From Patescibacteria group bacterium (lineage in GTDB: Bacteria > Patescibacteriota > JABMPQ01 > JAQVVF01), in NCBI GenBank assembly GCA_028699085.1, contig JAQVVF010000002.1, forward strand, positions 68,557 to 132,556: a stretch of DNA of 64,000 nucleotides. The letters run 5' to 3'. Position numbers and translations under genes: made by a program. Below the pieces are notes generated by a model. It was not told the DNA's origin. It ran no database searches and saw only the letters and a list, made by a program, of their open reading frames with translations. Positions within the stretch are counted from its first letter, which is position 1. Every line of letters starts with the position of its first letter. Of the stretch, positions 39,398 to 49,296 are shown one piece after another.

Positions 39398-39982
39398 TTA
39401 ATTTTTAACACTAAAATAAAGCGGCGTTTTAAAAATACCAACTTTTGCCAATGGCCAGCCTCGCAGCCAAACACGTCCTATCAAATTTTTTTCTGGCAAA
39501 GGACCCCATATTCTCGAATCACTACTGGCTTTTCTATTATCACCCAAGACAAAATATTCATCATCATTGACTTTATAATCGATTTTACCTGGAGTTTTCA
39601 AATCTGCTGGCAAATAACTCTCGTCAACCAAAACTCCTTCCGGATGATCTTGGTTATATATTTTAACACTTCCATCAAAAATTTCAAGTCTTTCACCTGG
39701 CAAAGCAATAATTCTCTTTATAAAATATTGAGATGGATCTTTTGGATATTTTAAAATAACAACGTCTCCTCGCTTAGGTTTTTCGAAACGATAGCTTATT
39801 TCATCAACGATAAGATATTGACCATCAGAAAAATTCGGCTCCATGCTATCACCTCTTACAAAAAAAGGTTGAAACAAAAAATATCTTATTGGAACAATAA
39901 TTGCTAGAGAAATCAAAATAATCTTTACCAATTCAACAACAAATTCTTTTGTTGAGGTCTTTTGCACTGTTTTTGTTTCCAT
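39398..39982 (-). CDS. lepB: Signal peptidase I
   Basis: RGDSMEPNF (Ser box), KRIIALPGE (Lys box), GDNRKASSDSR. Confidence 0.9.
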   Translation of the reverse strand: METKTVQKTSTKEFVVELVKIILISLAIIVPIRYFLFQPFFVRGDSMEPNFSDGQYLIVDEISYRFEKPKRGDVVILKYPKDPSQYFIKRIIALPGERLEIFDGSVKIYNQDHPEGVLVDESYLPADLKTPGKIDYKVNDDEYFVLGDNRKASSDSRIWGPLPEKNLIGRVWLRGWPLAKVGIFKTPLYFSVKN

Positions 39983-40075
39983 TTTAAAACCTCCATCGCT
40001 TTTTTAAAAAAGCAAATTAGTATTTTTTTAATTAATATAATTATACCACAACTAAAGATTTGTTAGCAAGACCAA

Positions 40076-41497
40076 TTGACATCAATAAACAACAACTTAT
40101 ATAATACATTATATATTATGTTAAATCATAACAGCGAAAAAAATAAAAACTGGAAAGATAAAATTGTCCCAACATTCTTGATTATTTTTTTATTGATTGC
40201 TTCACTTATTTCATATAAGTTTTTTTCAATTGGCAAAACAATTTTCAAAATAACAGCTGCAAATACGTCGTTATTAGGACAGCTTCAAAAATTTGCAATA
40301 CCTAACAAAAAACTAAAAGGCGAAAAAGAAAAAAGAACAAACATATTACTTCTTGGAGTTGGCGGAGAAGGTCATGATGGCGCAATGCTTACTGACACAA
40401 TTATTATTTTCAGTATTAAATATGAAGATGATAAACCTAGAGTTGCTCTGATTTCTATCCCTCGAGATCTCTATGTTGATCTAAAAAATTTTGGCAACAC
40501 AAAAATTAATAGCATTTATGCTTTAGACAAAGATAGCAGTCCTGATTCAAATCGCATTATTAAATCAATCGAAGATATCACTGGTCTGCCAATCCATTAT
40601 TATGTTCAAGCTGACTTTGAAGGTTTTAAAAAAGCCGTTGATGCTATTGGCGGAATTAATGTTAATGTAGAACACAGTTTTATCGATGAAGAATACCCAA
40701 CTGATGACTTCGGATATGAAACAATTTCTTTTGAAAAGGGGTTAAATCACATGAATGGAGAAACAGCACTAAAATATTCTCGATCTCGACATGGCATTGT
40801 TACTGATGGCTCAGAAGCATACGAAGCAAACGACAGTGCTAGAGCAAAAAGGCAACAACAAATTCTTTACGCTTCAAAAGAAAAAGCAATGTCTCTCTGG
40901 ACTATTAGTAATCCTAAAAAAATTAATGATCTTTTAGGAATTCTTGGAGAACATATAAGAACGAATTTAGAGCTATGGGAAATGTTAAAACTTGGAGAGC
41001 TTGCCAAAAATATTGATTCAAGCGATCTAAAAAATCACGTTCTAGATGATTCTCCAAATGGCTTGCTCTATGCTTCAACTAGTCCGGACGGTGCATTTAT
41101 TTTTCTGCCAAAAACAAATAACTTCACAGAGATCCATCATTACTGCAAAAATGTTTTTGAGCCAAAACAAGAAGATATTGAAACAGCAAATATTAAAGTC
41201 CTGAATGGAACAGAAATTCCAAATCAAGCGCAAGAAGCAGCCGCAATGATCGCCTATGATAATATCAAAATATTAGCTCTTGACAATGCATCGAAAATAG
41301 ATTATAACAAAACGATAGTCTATGATTATTCAAATGGCAAAAAACCAAATACTATCGAATTTTTAAAAAACAGATTTGATGCTAAAGTCATTAAATCAAC
41401 AACCATTCCGAAAGAATATATTGATAATAATAATCAAATAGACATTATTATGATTATCGGTAAAAATTTTTCGCAATTACCTCGCTATGAATACTAA
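40076..41497 (+). CDS. LytR-CpsA-Psr (LCP) family cell-envelope phosphotransferase
   Basis: LLLGVGGEGHDGAMLTDTIII...ISIPRDLYV LCP core; C-terminal LytR_C-like region. Confidence 0.85.
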   Translation: MTSINNNLYNTLYIMLNHNSEKNKNWKDKIVPTFLIIFLLIASLISYKFFSIGKTIFKITAANTSLLGQLQKFAIPNKKLKGEKEKRTNILLLGVGGEGHDGAMLTDTIIIFSIKYEDDKPRVALISIPRDLYVDLKNFGNTKINSIYALDKDSSPDSNRIIKSIEDITGLPIHYYVQADFEGFKKAVDAIGGINVNVEHSFIDEEYPTDDFGYETISFEKGLNHMNGETALKYSRSRHGIVTDGSEAYEANDSARAKRQQQILYASKEKAMSLWTISNPKKINDLLGILGEHIRTNLELWEMLKLGELAKNIDSSDLKNHVLDDSPNGLLYASTSPDGAFIFLPKTNNFTEIHHYCKNVFEPKQEDIETANIKVLNGTEIPNQAQEAAAMIAYDNIKILALDNASKIDYNKTIVYDYSNGKKPNTIEFLKNRFDAKVIKSTTIPKEYIDNNNQIDIIMIIGKNFSQLPRYEY

Positions 41498-42821
41498 TGT
41501 CGTTATAATTGGCAGACCAAACTGTGGCAAATCAACACTTTTTAACAAACTTGTTGGACGTAGTAAAGCTGTTACATCACCCATTGCTGGTACAACAAGA
41601 GACGTTGTCAAAGGTTCTACTAGTTGGAAAGGAAAAGTATTTACGCTTTTTGACACTGGAGGATTCGAATACAAAGTCAAAGAACAAGATGTTATAAGTA
41701 AAAGTGTTCAAGACCAAATCCAATTCGCTTTAAAAAAAGCGGATATTATTTTATTTATAACAAATATTAAAACAGGCATTACTGCCCCAGATATTAGTTT
41801 TTCTCAAGAACTTAAAAAAGTAAAAAAACCAATAATTCTTGTTGCAAATAAAGCTGACAATGAAGATTTAAGACAAAGAGGATCAGAGATGTTAAGCCTT
41901 GGACTCGGACAACCACAAGTAATTTCAGCCTTAACTAGCGTTGGCGTTGGAGATTTGCTTGATAAAATATCTGCCTTAATAGAAAAAACAGAAGAATCAG
42001 AAAATGAAGACAATGAAATTAAACCAATTAGAGTGGGTTTTTTTGGCAAACCTAATGTCGGAAAATCTTCAATAATTAATGCTTTAACTGGTGAAGAAAA
42101 AGTTATTGTTTCTGATATTCCAGGAACAACAAGAGATGCAATCGAAAATACTATTAATTATAAGAATAAAAAATTAATTGTAATTGACTCTGCTGGAATA
42201 AAAAGAAAAAGAGAAGCCAGATTTGATATTGAAAAATTTTCTATCAGAAAAAGCTTGCAAACAATTTTAGATTGTGATGTTATCTTGTTTGTTGTAGATT
42301 GCGAGGACTTTTTATCAAGACAAGATAAAAGAATTTCCGAAAGAATTCTAGAAAGTAAGGCTAGTGTCATCATTGTCGCCAACAAATTTGATTTAATGGA
42401 ACAAAAACAAAATAATATTGATAAAATAGTAAACTCACTACGTTTCCATTTTAATTTCCTTTATTTTGCTCCAATTATTTTTACTTCCGCAAAGACAAAT
42501 CAAAATATTAAAGAAATTTTAGATTTAATACTTTTAGCTGATGAAAAAAGAAAAAAAGTTGTTAATCAAGAAGAATTAACAAAATTTTTATTAGACATCT
42601 TAAAAAATTATCCTCCTCATCGCAATAAAAAATCAAAGAAAAGACCAAAGCTAATTAGGCTAATTCAATTCAGAACTGATCCGCCAAAATTTAATCTTTA
42701 TTTAGAAGGACCAGAAACAATCGCTCCTCAATATTTAAGATTTTTAGAGCGAAAAATTCACGAAAAATATGGATTTGAATGCGCTCCACTTCATATTTCA
42801 GTAGCACGTGAAGACAAATAA
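41487..42821 (+). CDS. der: Ribosome-biogenesis GTPase Der (EngA)
   Basis: Two G domains: GRPNCGKSTLFN and GKPNVGKSSIIN, KH-like C-terminus. Confidence 0.95.
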   Translation: MNTNVVIIGRPNCGKSTLFNKLVGRSKAVTSPIAGTTRDVVKGSTSWKGKVFTLFDTGGFEYKVKEQDVISKSVQDQIQFALKKADIILFITNIKTGITAPDISFSQELKKVKKPIILVANKADNEDLRQRGSEMLSLGLGQPQVISALTSVGVGDLLDKISALIEKTEESENEDNEIKPIRVGFFGKPNVGKSSIINALTGEEKVIVSDIPGTTRDAIENTINYKNKKLIVIDSAGIKRKREARFDIEKFSIRKSLQTILDCDVILFVVDCEDFLSRQDKRISERILESKASVIIVANKFDLMEQKQNNIDKIVNSLRFHFNFLYFAPIIFTSAKTNQNIKEILDLILLADEKRKKVVNQEELTKFLLDILKNYPPHRNKKSKKRPKLIRLIQFRTDPPKFNLYLEGPETIAPQYLRFLERKIHEKYGFECAPLHISVAREDK

Positions 42822-42896
42822 TTTAGCATTATATTTTTAAAATCCGATTCAAATAATTTCCTAAAATAAAAAAAACAAAAAATAACAACTTCAATT

Positions 42897-43282
42897 ATGA
42901 TAAACATTTGCCGGGCAATAGGAAAAAGAATTGATCAAAAATTTCTAGATGATTTTTCAAAAGAAGGTATCCTTTATGATTCAAAAAAAATCTGGCTTAC
43001 TATTACAGGCAATAGTGTGCGAACTCCTCGTTTTATCTGCGGAATTTCAAAACAATTAACACGCGGACAATTAATTAAAACCAAAAAAAATTAATTATCT
43101 TGGCTGGAAGTTTTAAAATTGTTGATATTCCTTTAGAGCATCCTCTATATCAAGAAATAATAATTGATCGCACAAAGCCAAAAAGATTTGTTATTACGCT
43201 TGATCTATCTAAATTTCCTGCTGGCTATTCAGGAAATATAAAATTATCTTTTCATTTAGATCCTAAAAGCGTTCTGATCTAA
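42897..43282 (+). other. Two short adjacent ORFs (65 and 60 aa) separated at an A8 tract; possibly one disrupted or slippage-prone gene
   Basis: Track ORFs 42897..43094 and 43100..43282 (TTG start); no family recognised. Confidence 0.2.
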
Positions 43283-43314
43283 ATCTTATTAAAAAAATAA
43301 ATAATATTTAATTT

Positions 43315-43836
43315 ATGAAAATAATTATTGGTCTAGGCAATCCAGGTGAAAAATATAATAACACTCGTCACAATGTTGGCTTTCAAACTTTAAACATATT
43401 AGCAAAAAAGCTGGATCTAAATTTTAGTTTAGAAAAAAAATTCAATGCTGAAATTGCTCAGACTACTCTAAAAGACGAAAAAACAATTCTTGCCAAACCA
43501 CAAACTTTTATGAATAATTCCGGTCTTTCAGTTCAAGCTCTTGTTTCATTTTACAAAATTGATCCTAAAAAAGATCTAATTATAATTTACGACGACATTG
43601 ATTTGCTAATTGGTGAAATCAGAACTTCTGGACAATCTTCTGGCGGTCATAACGGCATGCAATCAATTATTCAATCATTAGGAACAAATGAAATAAAACG
43701 CTTTAGAATCGGTATTTTAAATTTGCCAAAAGAACAGATTTCCAAAACTTCTAATTATGTTCTTGGAAATTTTTCGAAAAAAGAGCAAGACATTATTAGT
43801 AAAAGTATAGGCCAAGTCATTGAAGAAATTGTTTAA
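43315..43836 (+). CDS. pth: Peptidyl-tRNA hydrolase
   Basis: IIGLGNPGEKYNNTRHNVGF, catalytic His region. Confidence 0.93.
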   Translation: MKIIIGLGNPGEKYNNTRHNVGFQTLNILAKKLDLNFSLEKKFNAEIAQTTLKDEKTILAKPQTFMNNSGLSVQALVSFYKIDPKKDLIIIYDDIDLLIGEIRTSGQSSGGHNGMQSIIQSLGTNEIKRFRIGILNLPKEQISKTSNYVLGNFSKKEQDIISKSIGQVIEEIV

Positions 43837-43854
43837 AACAGAATAAAAAATCGC

Positions 43855-43884
43855 AATAATGCGATTTTATTTTATAATTTAATC
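43855..43884 (+). terminator. Rho-independent terminator after pth
   Basis: AATCGCA-ataa-TGCGATT then TTTATTTT. Confidence 0.6.
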
Positions 43885-43910
43885 ATGCTTTATCCATTTT
43901 CCTGTCTGCA

Positions 43911-43997
43911 AGCCTAAGCAAAAGCTTAAATTATAGCTACTCACAAAACTTAAGGAGGGATAGTTTTGCTTTGGCAACTCGCAGACAGAAAAATGAA
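43911..43997. ncRNA. Long imperfect hairpin (~24 bp total, 20-nt apical loop): candidate structured RNA or regulatory element
   Basis: CTGTCTGC/GCAGACAG outer stem, GCC/GGC, AAGCAAAA/TTTTGCTT, CTTAA/TTAAG inner stem; strand unassigned. Confidence 0.3.
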
Positions 43998-44088
43998 AAA
44001 AACTTTTTCATAACATATTAGCAAATGGAAAAAAAATGTCAAGATTCGAAATCTTGCCAAAAAGATAAAAATATGCTATCCTCTACCC

Positions 44089-47000
44089 ATGCTAGAACAA
44101 CTAGCCAAAACGCTTTCTTCAAACAAAAAAACGGTTTTTACCGGCATTTGTGAACAAGCAAAGCCATACATTATTACCAAGCTGATACCCCCAGAAAATC
44201 AAAATCAGCCGATTTTTTATTTTGTAAAAAATCATCAACTTGCATTATTCACATATTATAATCTAAAAAACTGGCAACACAATACCATAGCCAGAATTTT
44301 CAAACCAATCGAAGAAAAATCACTAAATCTAGACAATGAAAAAATACGACAAAATTTCATAGAAAAACAAAATTTTTTATCAGATATATCAGAAAATAAG
44401 CCTGGATTTTATGTTATTCCAATCGAACATATTGATAGCTCATGTCCAAAGATTAACAATTTTGAAAAAAATTTCTCAAGTGCTACAAAAAATGAGCTTA
44501 TAGATCCAAATGATTTAGCAAAAGATCTAACTTCTCAAGGATATGAACGAGCAACAAATGCCGTCTCAAAAGGATACTTTTCTAAGAAAGGCGGTCTTAT
44601 CGAAATATTTCCAATCAACAAAAAATATCCAGTCAGAATAGAATTTATTGGTAATAGAATTGAAGAAATTCAACTCTTTGATCCAAAAAATAGAAAAGGA
44701 TTAGAAAAAATTGATTTAATATTTATTCCACCTATCAAGACCAATGACAGTAACGGCAAGTTATCTGATTATTTAAAATTAACAAAAAAAGCAATTGCTA
44801 TTATTAACGATCCTCAAAGCTTAAAAGAATCCATCGATCCATTTTCTTACAAACCATACCAGCAATTCGAAAAAACAATCAGTGAATTAACACAAATTAT
44901 CATTCAATCTTTTCCTGAAGAAAAAACAATTGATCTTGATTTTTCATCAATTCCAAATTATAGCAACAATTTATTAGCTCTTAAAAAAGATTTACAAAAA
45001 TATCAAGATTTTAAAATAATTATTTTTACCCAAGAAGAAAAAATAATTAAAAAAATATTTGCTAATTTAAATATTGATCCTTCTGAAATAATTTTTGAAA
45101 AAAAAGAATACTTAAAAAATATTACGGGCTTTAAAAGCAATCAACATAAATTACTATTTTTAACTGACAATGAAATAATTCAAGAAAAAACTGAAAATAA
45201 AAAAAGAATTAATGAAGCTTTTATTTCCGAATTAAAAATTAACGACTTTTTAGTTCATGAAGATCATGGTATTTGTTTATTTAAAGGAACAACAAAAAGA
45301 ATTATTGATAAAATTGAAAAAGAATATTTGATTTTGGAATATGCCAATAACGATAAACTTTTTTTGCCAGTTGAATATTCTGAAAAAATAACTAAATATA
45401 TTGGCCAATCACATCCAAAAATCAATCGCCTTCATACTGCTTCTTGGTTAGAATTAAAAAGTAAAATAAAAAAAAGGACTGAAATTATTGCCAAGGATCT
45501 TCTAAAAATTTATGCCAGTCGCGAAAAATCACAAGGCTTTACTTTTTCAGCTGATACAGAGATTCAAAAAGAATTAGAAAATAGTTTTCCATATCAAGAA
45601 ACTCCTGATCAAATAAAAGTCATTAAAGAGGTAAAAGACGATATGGAAAAGAAAAAATCAAAAAAACCAATGGATCGATTAATTTGTGGCGATGTTGGTT
45701 TTGGTAAAACAGAAATCGCGTTACGTGCTGCTTTCAAAGCTACTCAAGATAAAAAACAAGTTGCTATTCTTTGTCCAACAACCATTCTTGCTAAACAACA
45801 TTTTGATAATTTCAAAAATCGATTAGAAAATTTTGATTTAAAAATTGCAGTTATTTCTCGCTTCCAATCAAAATTGCAACAACAAGATATCTTGGAAAAA
45901 TTATCAACTGGACAAATTGATATCATCATTGGTACTCACCGACTATTATCAACTGATATAAAATTTAAAGATTTAGGTCTTCTAATCTTAGACGAGGAAC
46001 AAAGATTCGGTGTTAAACATAAGGAAACAATCAAAAAATTAAAAGCTAATATTGATATTCTGGCATTATCAGCAACTCCAATTCCCAGAACTTTGAATTT
46101 ATCATTATCCGGACTTCGAGATATTAGTATTATCAGCACTCCGCCTCCAGGTAGACAATCAGTAATTAATTACATAAAGCCATATTCTGAAGATACAATC
46201 TATAATGCTTTCAAAAAAGAGCTTGATCGCAATGGCCAGATTTATTTTCTCCATAATAAAGTCCAAACTATCCAGGCTGCAACAGAAAAAATTAAAAATT
46301 TGTTAAAAAAATATAACAAGCCAATTTCAGTTGCCTTCGCTCATGGACAAATGCCAGAAAACAATCTTGAAAAAATCATGGCTGAATTTTACGACAAAAA
46401 AATTGATATTTTGATTGCTTCATCAATTATTGAGAATGGCCTTGATATTCCAAATGTTAATACCATCATTATTGATAATGCTTCCAATTTTGGTCTCGCT
46501 GATTTATATCAGCTAAAAGGAAGAGTCGGAAGAGGACAAAAACAAGCCTTTGCTTACTTTTTGTATAAAAGCACAGAATTAAAAGAAAAAGCAAGACGCA
46601 GATTAGAAGCATTGCTTGAAGCAAAAGAGCTTGGATCTGGTTTTCAATTGGCATTAAGAGATCTTGAAATTAGAGGTGCAGGAAATATTTTAGGTAAAGA
46701 GCAATCTGGCGCTGTCACAACAGTTGGCTTAAATTTATATTGCCGACTACTAAATCAGGCAATTCAAAATCTAAAATCAGGACAAGAAAAGACAACTGAA
46801 GAAAAAATATCGCCAACTCTTGATTTGCCATTATCAGCTTATTTATCTGAAAAAATATTTCCTAATTTTGAAAAAAGATTAAAACTATACCAACAAATTA
46901 CGAATATCGAAAATATTAATGAACTAGAACAACAAAAAAACAATCTGCTCAAAGACATCGTAAATAATAGCGCTGAAGCAAATACTCAAATAAACTACTT

Positions 47001-47274
47001 AAATAATTTATTCTATATATTAGAACTTAAAATTATTGCCCAAAAAGCAAAAGTTAAATATATCAAGACAAAGCAAATTAATCAGCCAGACGGAAAAAAT
47101 TTTAATCGTTTTGTTATTAACTTCATTGGACAAACAAATTACGAAAAAGCATATCAATTAATCAAAAAAAATCCTCAATGGGATATTGAAGATACTGAAA
47201 TAAAAATAAACCAGTCTGATCTTGGACCAGACTGGAAAAATTCATTAAAACAAAGTTTACAATTTTTTATTTAA
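44089..47274 (+). CDS. mfd: Transcription-repair coupling factor Mfd
   Basis: GDVGFGKTE (Walker A), LLILDEEQRFGV (DEEQ), helicase C motifs, TRG-like region; 1061 aa. Confidence 0.92.
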   Translation: MLEQLAKTLSSNKKTVFTGICEQAKPYIITKLIPPENQNQPIFYFVKNHQLALFTYYNLKNWQHNTIARIFKPIEEKSLNLDNEKIRQNFIEKQNFLSDISENKPGFYVIPIEHIDSSCPKINNFEKNFSSATKNELIDPNDLAKDLTSQGYERATNAVSKGYFSKKGGLIEIFPINKKYPVRIEFIGNRIEEIQLFDPKNRKGLEKIDLIFIPPIKTNDSNGKLSDYLKLTKKAIAIINDPQSLKESIDPFSYKPYQQFEKTISELTQIIIQSFPEEKTIDLDFSSIPNYSNNLLALKKDLQKYQDFKIIIFTQEEKIIKKIFANLNIDPSEIIFEKKEYLKNITGFKSNQHKLLFLTDNEIIQEKTENKKRINEAFISELKINDFLVHEDHGICLFKGTTKRIIDKIEKEYLILEYANNDKLFLPVEYSEKITKYIGQSHPKINRLHTASWLELKSKIKKRTEIIAKDLLKIYASREKSQGFTFSADTEIQKELENSFPYQETPDQIKVIKEVKDDMEKKKSKKPMDRLICGDVGFGKTEIALRAAFKATQDKKQVAILCPTTILAKQHFDNFKNRLENFDLKIAVISRFQSKLQQQDILEKLSTGQIDIIIGTHRLLSTDIKFKDLGLLILDEEQRFGVKHKETIKKLKANIDILALSATPIPRTLNLSLSGLRDISIISTPPPGRQSVINYIKPYSEDTIYNAFKKELDRNGQIYFLHNKVQTIQAATEKIKNLLKKYNKPISVAFAHGQMPENNLEKIMAEFYDKKIDILIASSIIENGLDIPNVNTIIIDNASNFGLADLYQLKGRVGRGQKQAFAYFLYKSTELKEKARRRLEALLEAKELGSGFQLALRDLEIRGAGNILGKEQSGAVTTVGLNLYCRLLNQAIQNLKSGQEKTTEEKISPTLDLPLSAYLSEKIFPNFEKRLKLYQQITNIENINELEQQKNNLLKDIVNNSAEANTQINYLNNLFYILELKIIAQKAKVKYIKTKQINQPDGKNFNRFVINFIGQTNYEKAYQLIKKNPQWDIEDTEIKINQSDLGPDWKNSLKQSLQFFI

Positions 47275-47999
47275 TTTTTTACTTGAATGTTTTCAAGCAA
47301 AGCATCCATGTGCTTTATATTATTTTCAGTATAATAATCTTCTGCTTCTTTTGTTGGAAAAGCTTGACCAGGAGTAATTGTGAATACTTTATTGCCAGCA
47401 GAAAAGAGATACTTGATTCCTAAAATACCATATTTTTGATCAAATTCATCTGTAACTATAACTTTTAAAGCATTAATTTTTTGATCCTTACCAATCATAA
47501 CACTTTCTAATTCTAACAAATTATCTTGGTCAAAATTATAAGTTATAACATCTCTTAGAGATTCTTTTGCATCGTTATTAATAACGCCAACTCCGAATAT
47601 TCCAAAATCATAAAAATCATATTTTCTTTCACCAGGAATATCAATTTGTCTTACCTTTCGACTTTGTTCTAATACTTCAGGATATAAGAAAGAAATTCCT
47701 TGAACATCAAATTCCAACCAATCAGCAGTTACATTTTTGCTCTCATTTAAATTTACATTTTCATTTACAGCAGTATTTTCATTAACATTTACTTTTTGTT
47801 CATTTACCTTAATTTCTTCTATTTTTTTATCTTTCTTTAAACTAATATAGTTCTTAAATTCAATATCACTTGTAACTAAAAAAGCAATTAAATATCCTCC
47901 TAAACCTAAAACCAAAACACCAAAAATTATTCCCAAAACAATTTTTAATGTTTTTTCTCGATTTTGCTTTTTTTGTTCTTGATTTTGTTCGTTAATCAT
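47271..47999 (-). CDS. Membrane-anchored hypothetical protein
   Basis: Single N-terminal TM, Asn/Val-rich linker, ~150 aa C-terminal domain. Confidence 0.4.
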   Translation of the reverse strand: MINEQNQEQKKQNREKTLKIVLGIIFGVLVLGLGGYLIAFLVTSDIEFKNYISLKKDKKIEEIKVNEQKVNVNENTAVNENVNLNESKNVTADWLEFDVQGISFLYPEVLEQSRKVRQIDIPGERKYDFYDFGIFGVGVINNDAKESLRDVITYNFDQDNLLELESVMIGKDQKINALKVIVTDEFDQKYGILGIKYLFSAGNKVFTITPGQAFPTKEAEDYYTENNIKHMDALLENIQVKN

Positions 48000-48118
48000 A
48001 AAAAATGATTTAAAATAAATTATCTAACAGTATAATTTATTTTTGGCTTTTTGTCAACAGTTTGTTTATAACCTACTTTTTTGCTACCATAAAACAAATA
48101 GTCAATTTTGTAAAATCT

Positions 48119-49210
48119 ATGAATAATGACCTCAAATACTGGAATGCTCTAAATCAAAATTTAAAAATTGGTGCCAGAAGATTCAAAAAAATATATAACT
48201 ATTTTTCCGACATGGAACAAGCCTGGCATGCCGATTCATTAGAATTAAGCAAAGCTGGCTTAGAAGATAAAGTCATAGATTATATTCTAGTAAAAAGACC
48301 AACCATTTCAATAGATTTTGAAATGGAAAGATTAGAAAAAGAAAATATCCAAATCATTACAATCAAAGATAAAAAATACCCAAAATTGCTCAAAGAAATT
48401 TATGACCCGCCTGCTCTACTCTATGTCCGAGGCGAATTAAAAGAGCAAGACGAATTTGCCATCAGCGTTGTTGGCACTAGAAAAATTTCTCAATACGGTA
48501 AACAAGTTGTTCCTGATATTGTCCATGAATTAGCAAGCAACAAAATCACAATAATATCTGGTTTAGCACTTGGAACTGATACTTTTGCTCATCAAGCAGC
48601 AATTGCTGCCCAAGGTCGAACTATCGCAGTCTTAGGATCAGGACTCGATCGGCAACATATTTACCCGTATTGCAACAAATCTCTTTCTGAAATTATTTCT
48701 CAACATGGAGCAATAATTTCCGAATATCCATTGGGTACCTTGCCACTAAAACAACATTTTCCTGCTCGTAATAGGATTGTATCTGGCATGTCACTTGGGA
48801 TATTAATAATTGAAGCACCAATGGATTCTGGCGCTTTGATTACAGCTAAATTTGGTTTAGAACATAATCGAGATATCTTTTCGATTCCTGGCAGTATTTA
48901 TTCTGAAAACTCAAAAGGACCAAATAATTTAATTAAACAAGGTGCAAAATTAATTACTTGTGCCCAAGATATCTTAGATGAACTTAATCTATCGCTTGCA
49001 ACTTCATATCAACAAACCAAAAAAATTGTTCCAGAAAGCAAAGAAGAAGAAATCTTATTAAATATAATTACCAAAGAACCTCTTCACATTGACAAAATAG
49101 TTCAGCAATCCAAAATGCCTGCTTCACAAGTTAGTGCATCTTTAACAATAATGGAGATGAAAGGTAAAGTTCGTAATTTAGGAGCAATGAATTATGTATT
49201 AGCCAGATGA
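48119..49210 (+). CDS. dprA: DNA processing protein DprA (Smf)
   Basis: ISVVGTRKISQYG, SGLALGTDTFAHQAA Rossmann-like DprA core; ATG 48119 preferred over the TTG 48062 used by the track. Confidence 0.82.
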   Translation: MNNDLKYWNALNQNLKIGARRFKKIYNYFSDMEQAWHADSLELSKAGLEDKVIDYILVKRPTISIDFEMERLEKENIQIITIKDKKYPKLLKEIYDPPALLYVRGELKEQDEFAISVVGTRKISQYGKQVVPDIVHELASNKITIISGLALGTDTFAHQAAIAAQGRTIAVLGSGLDRQHIYPYCNKSLSEIISQHGAIISEYPLGTLPLKQHFPARNRIVSGMSLGILIIEAPMDSGALITAKFGLEHNRDIFSIPGSIYSENSKGPNNLIKQGAKLITCAQDILDELNLSLATSYQQTKKIVPESKEEEILLNIITKEPLHIDKIVQQSKMPASQVSASLTIMEMKGKVRNLGAMNYVLAR

Positions 49211-49296
49211 AAATTTGACTTATTCCATAAAAAGATTATTGTAGAAAATATACAATAAAAATATTTTTTACTTTTAAAATTTTACTTTTAAAATTT

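Noticed and set aside
43911-43997. SRP (4.5S/ffs) RNA assignment for the long hairpin
   Set aside because: No GNRA-tetraloop-capped helix 8 with the symmetric AGGA/GCA internal loops. The apical loop is 20 nt.
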